Made by a program: the position numbers and the translations under genes. A stretch of 64,000 nucleotides of DNA from Malacoraja senta (Eukaryota): the NCBI GenBank assembly GCA_038087875.1, contig CM075997.1:1-64000 (forward strand), in the 5' to 3' direction. The notes under the pieces were generated by a model. That model searched no databases, was not told the origin of the DNA, and saw only the letters and a list, made by a program, of their open reading frames with translations. The first letter of the stretch is position 1; each line of letters opens with the position of its first letter. Of the stretch, positions 1 through 9,468 are shown in pieces.

Positions 1-24
1 CCACAGGCACGCAGTCACACAGGG

Positions 25-330
25 GAAGCAGGCCCTTCGACCCAACTTGCCCCATCTACACTGGTCCCACCTGCCCACGTTTGGTCCAAATCCCTTCAAA
101 CCTGCCCTATCCATGTACCTGTCTAACTGTTTCTTAATTGTTGGGATAGTCCCAGCCTCAACTACCTCCTCTGGCAGCTCGTTCCATACACCCACCACCC
201 TGTGTGTGGAAAAAGTTACCCCTCAGATTCCTATTAAATAGTTTCCCCTTCACCTTAACTCTATGTCCTCTGGTCCTCGATTCGCCTACTCTGGGCACAA
301 GACTGTGCATCCACCCGATCTATTCCTCTC
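25..330 (-). mobile_element. CR1-clade (HER1-like) LINE 3' fragment
   Basis: Minus strand encodes the CR1 ORF2 C-terminus (FHTGWWVYG / frameshifted ..QRVVGVWNELPEEVVEAGTI..KKQLDRYMDR). Its 3' tail 'GGGTCGAAGGGCCTG' is shared with the SINEs here. A near-identical copy lies at 14800-15030 on +. Confidence 0.8.
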
Positions 331-334
331 ATTT

Positions 335-608
335 AGAGTAGCTGCCTCACAGCGCCAGAGAACTGGGTTCGATCCTGACCACGGGTGCTGTCTGTACGGA
401 GTTTGTGCGTTCCCCCTGTGAACTGTGTGGGTTTTCTCTGGGTGCTCCGGTTTCCTCCCACACTCCAAAGACGTGCAGGTTTGTAGGTGAATTGGCTTGG
501 TATCATTGTAAATTGTCACTAGTGGGTGTCGGATAGTGTTAGTGTGCGGGGATCACTGGTCAGTGTGGACTCGGTGGGCCGAAGGGCCTGTTTCCCTAAA
601 CTAAACTG
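335..608 (+). mobile_element. HE1-type tRNA-derived V-SINE (5'-truncated)
   Basis: B-box GGTTCGATCC, V-domain (GGAGTTTG..GTTC..GGGTTTTCTC.GGGTGCTCCGGTTTCCTCCCACACTCCAAAGAC), LINE-like tail GGGCCGAAGGGCCTGTTTCC and (CTAAA)n end. Confidence 0.85.
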
Positions 609-729
609 ACCATGGGAGGGGAATTATTTGTAATATTTAAACAACGCGCAGTTTTTTTTTTAAGGCAGAGATAGATAGATTCTTGATTAGTACAGGTGTC
701 AGAGTTTTTGGGGAGAAGGGCTCTCTATA

Positions 730-945
730 TCGCTCTATATACAAGTGGAACACTGTCTCCTCGCCGCAGACGTTACAGGCGGCTGGAGAGTCATCAACTT
801 TACCGTGAGTCTGATCCCGGGAGTGTGTGACTGGACGTTGCGGAGATAGCTTCACCCTGTGGTGGGAGGCAGCGCTGTGGCCAAGGCTCTCTGTAGCCGT
901 GATGTCCCCGCGCTGGGAGAGTTGGTGAAACCGCCCTCATCGCTG
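730..945 (-). mobile_element. Degenerate L1/Tx1-type ORF2 C-terminal zinc-knuckle fragment in a PRKD intron
   Basis: Minus frame reads ..CNVCGEETVFHLYIE.., matching the CxxC..ETxxHLxxEC motif of L1/Tx1 ORF2. Confidence 0.6.
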
Positions 946-970
946 CCATGTGTTGACCTCATTGTTTCAG

Positions 971-1056
971 GCATTGACCTCATCAACAACCTGCTGCAGG
1001 TGAAAATGAGGAAACGATACAGTGTGGACAAGTCCCTCAGTCACCCCTTCCTGCAG
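971..1056 (+). CDS. PRKD2: Protein kinase D, penultimate exon (kinase domain C-terminal end); probably PRKD2
   Basis: tttcag| acceptor and |gtaggc donor. The 86-nt exon reads (G)[28 protein letters not shown], essentially identical to vertebrate PKD1/2/3. The paralog is assigned from linkage to SNRPD2 (inference). Confidence 0.9.
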
Positions 1057-1417
1057 GTAGGCCCAGGGTCAGGGGTCGTGGTGGGGGTCAGGCTCTTGGG
1101 TCATGGTTGGGGTGGTGGTCAGGGGTCAGAGTCAGGGTGGGGGGTTAAGCGTGGAAGAGGTCAGGGGTGGGGAGTCAGGGTTTGGATTTGGGATTTGAGG
1201 TGGGGGGGGTCAGGCTCTTGGGTCATGGTTGAAGTCGGGGGTGGAGGGGTCAGGGGTGGGAGGGGGGGTCAGGCCCAGGGGTGGGGGGTGGGGGAGTCGG
1301 GCTGGTGGCACGGTGAACATTCACCCCCTCTCCTCAACCTGAGCCCAGCTCGGATTGGCTTTAATCTTGCTTCTACATTCACCCCCCTCTCTCCCCCCCC
1401 CCTCTCCCCCTCCCCAG

Positions 1418-1627
1418 GACCACCAGACATGGCTGGACCTGCGTGAGCTGGAGTGTAAGATGGGCGAGCGATACCTGACCCATGAGAGTGACGATCCTCG
1501 CTGGGAAAAGTTCTGCCAGAGCCGACCCCCGGAGTACCCGCCCCAGAAGGTCAACAGACTACCGGCCGCTCCCAGCTGGAGAGAGGACGATGTCCAGGGA
1601 CTCAGCCACAGGGTCAGCATCCTCTGA
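1418..1627 (+). CDS. PRKD2: Protein kinase D, last coding exon; probably PRKD2
   Basis: Long C-rich pyrimidine tract plus ccccag| acceptor, phase 0 matching the previous exon. Reads [32 protein letters not shown]...GLSHRVSIL*, ending in the PKD autophosphorylation/PDZ-binding tail. Confidence 0.92.
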   Translation, partial: DHQTWLDLRELECKMGERYLTHESDDPRWEKFCQSRPPEYPPQKVNRLPAAPSWREDDVQGLSHRVSIL

Positions 1628-2027
1628 ACCCACCCCCCACATATCTGGGAAATGTGCTCTCAACACCCCCACCCCCCCCTCCCCTTCACTCCTGGGAATC
1701 CCAGCTACAGATCCAGGGAAAGGACTGAGTCGGAACGATCAAACCCTTGCATCTGGGCGAGCGTGCATTCTTTCTGTCGTGGGTGTGGGCCAGGGTTACT
1801 GAGTGTGTGTGTGAGCGAGACGGAGCCAAGGCAAGGAATGTACAAACGCAACTCCAGATTTCTTGCGAAGACAGACAGAAAGTGCTGGAGTAAGTCCAAA
1901 AGTGGCCATAAACTGTAATGTGACTTATAAAGTTTTGCCAAACTTTTATTTCCCTTTCCACTCCGGCACCCAACTAACACGTCGGAGTCTGACCGTACAC
2001 ACCAGCCCAGCTACCATCCAATGTGCA

Positions 2028-2327
2028 GCATGGTGGCGCAGCGGTAGAGCTGCTGCCTCACAGCGCCAGAGACCTGGGTTCGATCCTGACTACGGGTGCT
2101 GTCTGTACGGAGTTTGCACGTTCTCCCTGTCTGTGACCTGCGTGGGTTTTCTCCTGGTGCTCCGGTTTCCTCCCACACTCCAAAAGACGTGCAGGTTTGT
2201 AGGGTAATTGGATTCCGTAAATTTGTCAGATGTCCCTGGTGCGTGTAGGATAGTGTTAGTGTGATGGGGTCGGTGCGGACTCGTTGGGCCGAAGGGCCTG
2301 TTTCCACGCTGTATCTCTGAACTAAAC
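2028..2327 (+). mobile_element. HE1-type V-SINE, near full length, in putative PRKD 3'UTR
   Basis: A-box TGGCGCAGCGG, B-box GGTTCGATCC, V-domain and shared LINE tail. Confidence 0.9.
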
Positions 2328-2602
2328 CAGCAGACTCCAGGACTGTAGACACTCCATGAACTGTAGACTGGGGACAGGGCTCCCATTATAAATGTGGCAA
2401 TATGTTAGTAACTTTTTCATATTTGTGTCTATTTTATTGTACAAATCTGAGATTTAAAGAATGTTTGGTGATCCGTGAATGAAAGTGGTGGCTGGATGAA
2501 GCTCCTGTGTAGTGCAGAGATTTTGAGCAGTTTTGTTATTTATTTAGGGCTGGGATGGTTGATATTTGGGTTGGAGATTTGTTACCCAGCAGCCCGTGAG
2601 CG

Positions 2603-2873
2603 TTGTGCGCAGCGGGTAGAGCTGCTGCCTCACAGCGCCAGAGACCCGGGTTCCATCCCGACTACGGGTGCTGTCTGTACGGAGTTTGCACGTTCTCCCC
2701 GTGACCTGCGTGGGTTTTCTCCGAGATCTTCGGTTTGCTCCCACACTCCAAAGATGTACAGGTTTGTAGGTTAATTGGCTTGGTGTAAATTTAAATTGTC
2801 TCTTGTGTGTGTAGGGTAGTATTAATGTGTGGGGATCGCTAGTCGGTGGGCCGAAGGGCCTGTGGCCTGTTTC
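2603..2873 (+). mobile_element. HE1-type V-SINE
   Basis: Same head, V-domain and tail as 2028-2327. Confidence 0.85.
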
Positions 2874-3318
2874 CTGTGTGTGTGTCTCTCTCTCTCTGTA
2901 TTTCTCTCTCTCTGCGTCTATATGGGCATGCATGTGGGTAAGTGTGTGTACAGATGTGTGTGTGTATGTACACATGCATGTCCATGTAATGTGTAGGAAG
3001 GAACTGCAGACGCTGCTTTACACCGAAGATAGACACAAAATGCTGGAGTAACTCAGCGGGACAGGCAGCATCTCTGGAGAGAAGGAACGGGTGACGTTTC
3101 TGTTCGAGACCCTTCTTCAGACTGACATCGTGTACGTGTCAATGTGCGAATGCGTGTGTGTGTGTATGTACACATCCATGTGTTTGTAGGCATGTGTGTA
3201 CATGCTCATATGTGTGTGTACACGTGTGTGTCTCTGTATCTCAGCTGCTGTTTGCCGAGTCTCTGGACTTTTTGCAGAATTTTTTTTGTATTTGTAGGAA
3301 AGTTTCCTTGACCTGTTT

Positions 3319-3324
3319 AATAAA
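3319..3324 (+). promoter_or_regulatory. Candidate polyadenylation signal of the PRKD gene
   Basis: First AATAAA I see after the stop, within U-rich UTR-like unique sequence (ttttgtatttgtagg..). Confidence 0.5.
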
Positions 3325-3374
3325 GAGAATTGTGAAGTGTCTCCATTGTTGGCCATCGCACGTTTTAAAAAAAA

Positions 3375-3667
3375 GAGTTGCTGCCTTGCAGCGCTTGCAG
3401 CACTGGAGACCCGGGTTCGATCCCGACTACGGGTGCTGTCTGTACGGAGTTTGTACGTTCTCCCCGTGACCTGCGTGGATTTTCTCCGAGATCTTCGGAT
3501 TCCTCCCAAACTCCAAAGACGTCCAGGTTTGTATGTTAATTGACTTGGTGTAAATGTAAATTGTCCTAGTGTGTGTAGGATAGTGTTAATGTGCGGGGAT
3601 CGCTGGTCGGGGTGGACTCGGTGGGCCGAAGGGCCTGTTTACACACTATCTCTGAACAAAACTAAAG
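3375..3667 (+). mobile_element. HE1-type V-SINE
   Basis: B-box, V-domain and tail. Confidence 0.85.
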
Positions 3668-3729
3668 TTTGGAGAAGAACGAGAGGAGATTCGATCGATG
3701 AAACACCCGCGGTCCCAGCGTGATGAATT

Positions 3730-4075
3730 TAGGTGCAGGAGTAGGCCATTCGGCCCTTCAAGCCAGCACCGCTATTCATTGTGATCATGGCTGATCATCC
3801 ACAATCATTACCCCGTTCCTGCCTTCTCCCCATATCTCCTGTCTCCGCTATCCCCAAGAGTTCCATCTAAATCTCTCTCTTGAAAGCATCCAGAGAATTG
3901 GCCTCCACTGCCTTCTGAGGCAGAGAATTCCACAGACTCACAACTCTCTGTGTGAAAAGGTCTTTCCTCATCTCCGTTCTAAATGGCCTACCCCTTATTC
4001 TTAAAACTGTGGCCCCTGGTTCTGGACTCCCCCCAACATCGGGAACCGGTTTCCTGCCTCTAGCGTGTCCAATCC
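3730..4075 (-). mobile_element. CR1 LINE 3' fragment
   Basis: Reverse complement matches the 3' end of the CR1 at 56734-59110 (QRVVSLWNSLPQKAVEA.. and the GAATGGCCTACTCCTGCACCT stem-loop tail). Confidence 0.85.
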
Positions 4076-4099
4076 CGTAGTAACGTTACATGTTATTCT

Positions 4100-4308
4100 G
4101 TATACCAGCACTATCCTACACACAAGGGACAATTTACAGGAGCCAGTTAACCTACTAACCTGCACGTCTTTGGGATGTGGAAGGAAACCGGAGCACCCAG
4201 GGAAAACCAACGCAGGTCACAGGGAGAATGTACAGACAGCATCTGTAGTCAGCATTGAACTGGGGCCTCTGGCGCTGTGAGGCAGCAACTCTACCGCTGC
4301 GCCACCAT
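4100..4308 (-). mobile_element. HE1-type V-SINE
   Basis: Reverse-complement head (CTACCGCTGCGCCACC) and V-domain. Confidence 0.8.
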
Positions 4309-4416
4309 GCCTTGGTCATGTGAAGAAGGACATGAAATGCTGGAGTAACTCAGCGGGACAGGCAGCATCCCTGGAGAGAAGGAGTGGGTGAAGTTTCGGG
4401 TCCAGACCTGTCCCTG

Positions 4417-4745
4417 ATATTGGGGGGGAGTCCAGAACCAGGGGCCACACACAGTTTAAGAATAAGGGGTCGACCATTTAGGACTGAGATGAGGAAAATA
4501 AAATTTCACCCAGAGAGTTGTGAATCTGTGGAATTCTCTGCCACAGAAGGCAGTGGAGGCCAATTCACTGGATGTTTTCAAGAGAGAGTTAGATTTAGCT
4601 CTTCGGGCTAACGGAATCAAGGGATATGTGGAGAAAAGGCAGGAACGGGGTGCTGATTGGGGATGATCAGCCATGATCATATTGAATGGCGTTGCTGGCT
4701 GGAAGGACTGAATGGCCTCCTCCTGCACCTATTTTTCTATGTGTA
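4417..4745 (+). mobile_element. CR1 LINE 3' fragment
   Basis: HSLRIRGRPFRTEMR..QRVVNLWNSLPQKAVEA followed by the CR1 3' tail. Confidence 0.85.
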
Positions 4746-5379
4746 TGTTCTTCAATGTCTTGGTCATCTGGCTGATTAAGAGTTAAACGTAGGCTGGAGC
4801 GATGCGGGCTATTAGGATGTCAAGGATGCGAGTATTCTGTTACAGTGGTGCGCTGCTTACATGTGAAGGATTTACAGGAAGCGGGAAACAGATAGACGGC
4901 AGATAAAGGACAGCCGGGGACACGGGCACGGGGCGGGCATTGGCAGCTTGCACAGCAATAGATTCCTGCAACACTATCCCGTCCTCTGCTGCACCAGCCA
5001 CACAGAATTCAGCAACAGATCGATCAGTCACACATCGCCACGCAGCTTGCATTTCACTGTGCCTTCGCTCCTCTTTGCTGGCTGTGAGCGACAGTGTGGG
5101 AGCTCAACACTTGGTCACCAGCCAGGCTGAGCCCTACCCAAGGTTGGCGGCTCGGTGACGCAGCGGGTAGAGCTGCTGCCTCACAGCGCCAGAGACCCGG
5201 GTTCGATCCTGACCTCAGGTGCTGTCTGTACGGAGTTTGTACGTTCTCCCCATAACCGCGTGGGCTTTCTCCGGGTGCTCCGGTTTCCTCCCACACTCCA
5301 AAGACGTGCAGGTTTGCAGGTTAATTGGCTGCTGTGAATTGGATGGGAATGTGGGATAGCAAAGAACTAGCGTGAAGAT

Positions 5380-5797
5380 AGAACATGGAAAAATAGGTGC
5401 AGGAGTAGGCCCTTCGAGCCAGCACCGCCATTCAATGTGATCATGGCTGATCATCCAGAATCAGTACCCCGTTCCTGCTTTCTCCCCATATCCCTTGATT
5501 CCGTTAGCCCCAAGAGCTAAATCTAACTCTCTCTTGAAAACATCCAGTGAATTGGCCTCCACTGCCTTCTGTGGCAGAGAATTCCACAGATTCACAACTC
5601 TGGGTGAAAATTGTTTTCCTCATCTCAGTCCTAAATGGCCGACCCCTTATTCTTAAACTATGCGTGGCCCCTGGTTCTGGACTCTCCCAACACAGGGAAC
5701 ATTTTTCCTGCGTCTAGCCTGTCCAATCACTTAAGAATTGTATATGTTTCTATAAGATCCCCTCGCATCCTTCTAAGTTCCAGTGAATACAAGCCCG
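5380..5797 (-). mobile_element. CR1 LINE 3' fragment
   Basis: Same CR1 3' region in reverse orientation. Confidence 0.85.
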
Positions 5798-5909
5798 GTG
5801 AATGTGTGATCGATGGTCAGCATGGACTCGATGGGCCGAAGGCCCCCTGCCCCAAGCTGTGCTGAGGACGTTATCCAACGCTCTCTGCTCCAGAGAAGAG
5901 TGTTCGCCT

Positions 5910-6245
5910 GCGCACGTGTTCTCACACTCGCACACTCCCTCGTGCTTGCTCGCCCATTCTCACAAGCCGATGCATTCACTTGCAGACACATTTGTTCACA
6001 TTTATTCACGTGGTCTTTCATTTGATAGCAAATATGGACACACATACACACACACACTCTTCCACCAGCGCGCACACACTCACATACATAACCATGCACA
6101 CGTACGCGCGCACATACCCTCACTTGCACCAACGCACACACTCAGACTCATACTCACATAACCATGCGCATGCACATCGCACACACACGCACACTCTCTT
6201 GCACTAGCGCACACACACACGCACACAACCAGCGCACACACTCAT
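5910..6245. repeat. Degenerate (CA)n-rich microsatellite
   Basis: Visible CA/CACG low-complexity run. Confidence 0.8.
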
Positions 6246-7413
6246 CGCAGTTTGTGAATTCCATCCGCAACCCAGCGATTCAGGTACCAGTCTAGGCCGA
6301 TGCTCCAAGACTGAACTGATGTCACTCTGTCCCCACCCTAACGCACTGTCAGAGGTAATGATTAGGATAAGACTTTAGCTTTTATGTTTATTCATCAAAT
6401 GAAACCAAAAAAGACAATCGGGGCCCGTGATGTCTGAGAGTTTTAGGCGTTGAAGTTGGTCGCCGTTAACTCACTAAAGACAAACCGTTGCAGGTAAAAT
6501 GGTAAATGAGACATTGGCCCTGATTTCAAGACGTTTTGACTGCACGATATCTTATTACATTTATCATATAGTGCTTTGGTGAGATGACACCCAGAGTATT
6601 GGGTGCAGTTCTGGTCTCCTTATCTAAAAAACAATGCTCTCTGAACTCAGACACTAAAATGCTGGAGTAACTCAGCGGGACAGGCAGCATCTCTGGAGAG
6701 AAGGAATGGGTGACGTTTCAGGTTGAGACCCTTCTTCAGTCTTCAGTCTAGTTCAGTTTTATTTGTCATATGTAGGTTAACACAGGGTTAACGGTACAAT
6801 GAAATGTGTTTGACAAGACAACGGGTCACCTCAGCAATGATATTACAAGGATAAAAATAAGATAAAATAAGATAAAAGTGATATTGGTCGGTAAAAGACA
6901 ATAATAAATTAAATAATCAATATATATGATGTGTTTATGAGTTCAGAAGCCTGATGGTCTATTCCTTTTCTTCAAAGATGCTGCCTGACCCGTTGAGTTA
7001 CTCCAGCACATTGTGTCTTTTTTTCTAAGTAAACCAACACCTGCAGATCCTTGTGTGTAAATCGCTGTTGGTTTCTTTTCCAATCTTCCTTCTAATTCTA
7101 TCCCCTTTGATGCTTGTTGGTGTAGACGAGCGAGGTGGGCTGGCTCGTGAGCGAGAACATTGCCTACAGCTCCACACTGCTGACATTGTGCACACAATAA
7201 GGTTATGGCTCTTCCTTAAACGCATCCAGACTCTAGAGAGATACAAGATATGCCTGCAATGATGACAAAGAGCTGGCAAAAACAAGCGAAGGCTGACTGA
7301 CATGTTTAAAAAGTGGAATTAAATCTTCACACCTGGCCTGTGCTTGACAGCAGCAACAACTTGTGATAGATTTATATCTCCAGCAATCCACGCAGCAACT
7401 TATTCATCATGTT

Positions 7414-7734
7414 TGAGAAGGAACTGCAGATGCTGGAAAATCGAAGGTAGACAAAAATGCTGGAGAAACTCAGCGAGTGAGGCAGCATCTATGGAGCAAA
7501 GGAAATAGGCAACGTTTCGGGACGAAACCCGGAAGGGTTTCGGCCCGAAACGTTGCCTATTTCCTATAGTGGAGATTGTTCAACTCTTTACATGGAGCGA
7601 AGGAAACGTTGCCTATTTCCTATAGTGGAGATTGTTCAACTCTTTACATGGAGCGAAGACCCGAAACGTCGCCTATTTCCTTCGCTCCATAGATGCTGCC
7701 TCGCCCGCTGTGTTTCTCCAGCATTTTTGTCTAC
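7414..7734. mobile_element. Palindromic Penelope-derived short element with ~18-bp target duplication
   Basis: Two inverted copies of the pseudo-LTR segment (..GCTGGAGAAACTCAGC.. / ..TTTCTCCAGCATTTTTGTCTAC), flanked by CAACT(T/C)ATTCATCATGTT at 7396-7413 and 7735-7752. Contains an internal 56-bp tandem duplication. Confidence 0.7.
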
Positions 7735-8227
7735 CAACTCATTCATCATGTTCTCTCTGTCTCTCTCTCTCGGTCTCTCTGTCGCGCGTCTTTGGTGTGT
7801 GGAAGGAAACTGGAGCACCCGGAGAAAACCCACAAGGTCACAGGGAGAACGTGCAAACTCCGTTTGACCCGCAGTCAAGATCGAACCCGGGTCTCTGGCG
7901 CTGCCTGGAAACTCAATACTCAGATAACTGATAATATGAAACAAAAATATATATATAAATTAACTACCCCAATACAATTGCAAAAAATGGTTGCAGCCCT
8001 TAGTGCCCTCCATAGGTCATTGTTCAGTTAGAAGCTGTTCCTGACCAAGCGCAGGCAGGTGGGACTAGTGTAGCTGGGGCATGTTGGCCGGTGTGGGCAA
8101 GTTGGGCCAAAGGGCCTGTTTCCACACTGTATCTCTCTGTGACTCTGACTCTATGAGGGTCCAGGGTTGGTGCAGTGATGGATGTACAGCCCATAGTGAT
8201 CAAAGTACAGTGTGTCTTAAATTCATA

Positions 8228-8715
8228 AGTAATGGGAGCGGAATTAGGCCATTCGGCCCATCAAGTCTACTCCACCATTCAATCATGGCTGATCTATCTC
8301 TCCCTCCCAACCCCACTCTCCTGCCTTCTCCCCATAAACCCTGACATGTGTTCTAATCAAAAATCTATCTATCTCTGCTTTAAAAATGTCCAATGACTTG
8401 GCCTCCACAGCCTTCTGCAGCAAAGAATTCCACAGATTCAAAGAAATCCATCCTCATCTCCTTCCTAAAAGAAAGTCCTTTAATTCTGAGGCTGTGACCT
8501 CTAGTCCTAGACTCTCCCACTAGTGGAAACATCCTCTCCACATCGACTCTATCCAGGCCTTTCACTATTCGGTAAGTTTTAATGGGGTCCCCCCCCCCCC
8601 CCTCATTCTTCTAAACTCCAGCGAGTACAGGCCCAGTGCCGTCAAACGCCTCATCGTACGTTAACCCACTGATTCCTGGGATCATTCTCGTAAACCTCCC
8701 CGGGACCCTCTCCAG
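8228..8715 (-). mobile_element. CR1-clade LINE 3' fragment (second subfamily)
   Basis: Minus ORF KGLDRVDVERMFPLVGESRTRGHSLRIKG.. and tail GATGGGCCGAATGGCCTAATTC. Confidence 0.85.
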
Positions 8716-8930
8716 GGCAAAGTGTTATAGACACTGCAGCCGTGTACAGGCAGTATGAGTGATAAACCCTGTGCTGACACCCCCCCCCCCCCCCCTCCTC
8801 TGTGTGAAATCTATCTCCGTTGCACCGCGCCACAATCTGGTAACTCATCATGTGTCCCAGGGAACAATGCTGAAAAAAATCCCACCGCGTTAACTGATCC
8901 CTTCAAGCCAGAGCTGTCAAAGTTATAAAT

Positions 8931-9173
8931 TATGTAGGAAGGAACTGCAGATGCTGGTTTAAACCGAAGATAGACACAAAATGCTGGAGTAACTCAGCGT
9001 GACAGGCAGCATCTCTGGAGAGAAGGAATGGGTGACGTTTTGGGTCGAGACCCTTCTTCAGTCTGTCTGAAGTGTCAGTGTAACGAAGGGTCTTGACCTG
9101 AAACATCACCCATTCCTTCTCTCCAGAGATGCTGCCTGTCCCGCTGAGTTACTCCAGCATTTTGTGTCTATCT
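8931..9173. mobile_element. Palindromic Penelope-derived short element with 12-bp TSD
   Basis: Inverted pair of the GGAAGGAACTGCAGATGCTGG..GACCCTTCTTCAG segment. AAAGTTATAAAT repeats directly at 8919-8930 and 9174-9185. Confidence 0.75.
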
Positions 9174-9468
9174 AAAGTTATAAATGACACACACTGTCCT
9201 CTGCCTAAACAACAAGGGGCCAAGTGAATCCATGAGGCATCTTTGTTTTTAATCTACACCCTGCTACTTGGAGCCATGGAGTGTCACAGCATGGAAACAT
9301 GCCCTTCGGCCCAATTCGTCAAAGCCGCAGAATTAATGGACGATATTTTAGGAGGGAGATGAGGAGGGATTTCTTTAGTCAGAGGGTGGTGAATCTGTGG
9401 AATGCATTGCCACAGAAGGCTGTGGAGGCCAAGTCAGTGGATATTTTTAAGTCAGAGATAGATAGATT

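Noticed and set aside
770..804. Possible extra PRKD exon (cgcag|..|gtgagt)
   Set aside because: No frame resembles the PKD sequence expected before IDLINNLL, and the region is explained by an antisense L1/Tx1 fragment.
859..1446. 195-aa ORF as a single protein
   Set aside because: It is the 86-nt PRKD exon read through into a G-rich intron.
2028..2100. tRNA genes at SINE heads
   Set aside because: A/B boxes run directly into the V-domain and LINE tail, with no complete cloverleaf or terminator; these are SINEs.
7126..7201. Possible + strand exon (tgtag|..|gttatg)
   Set aside because: Weak donor, no recognisable peptide and no partner exons.
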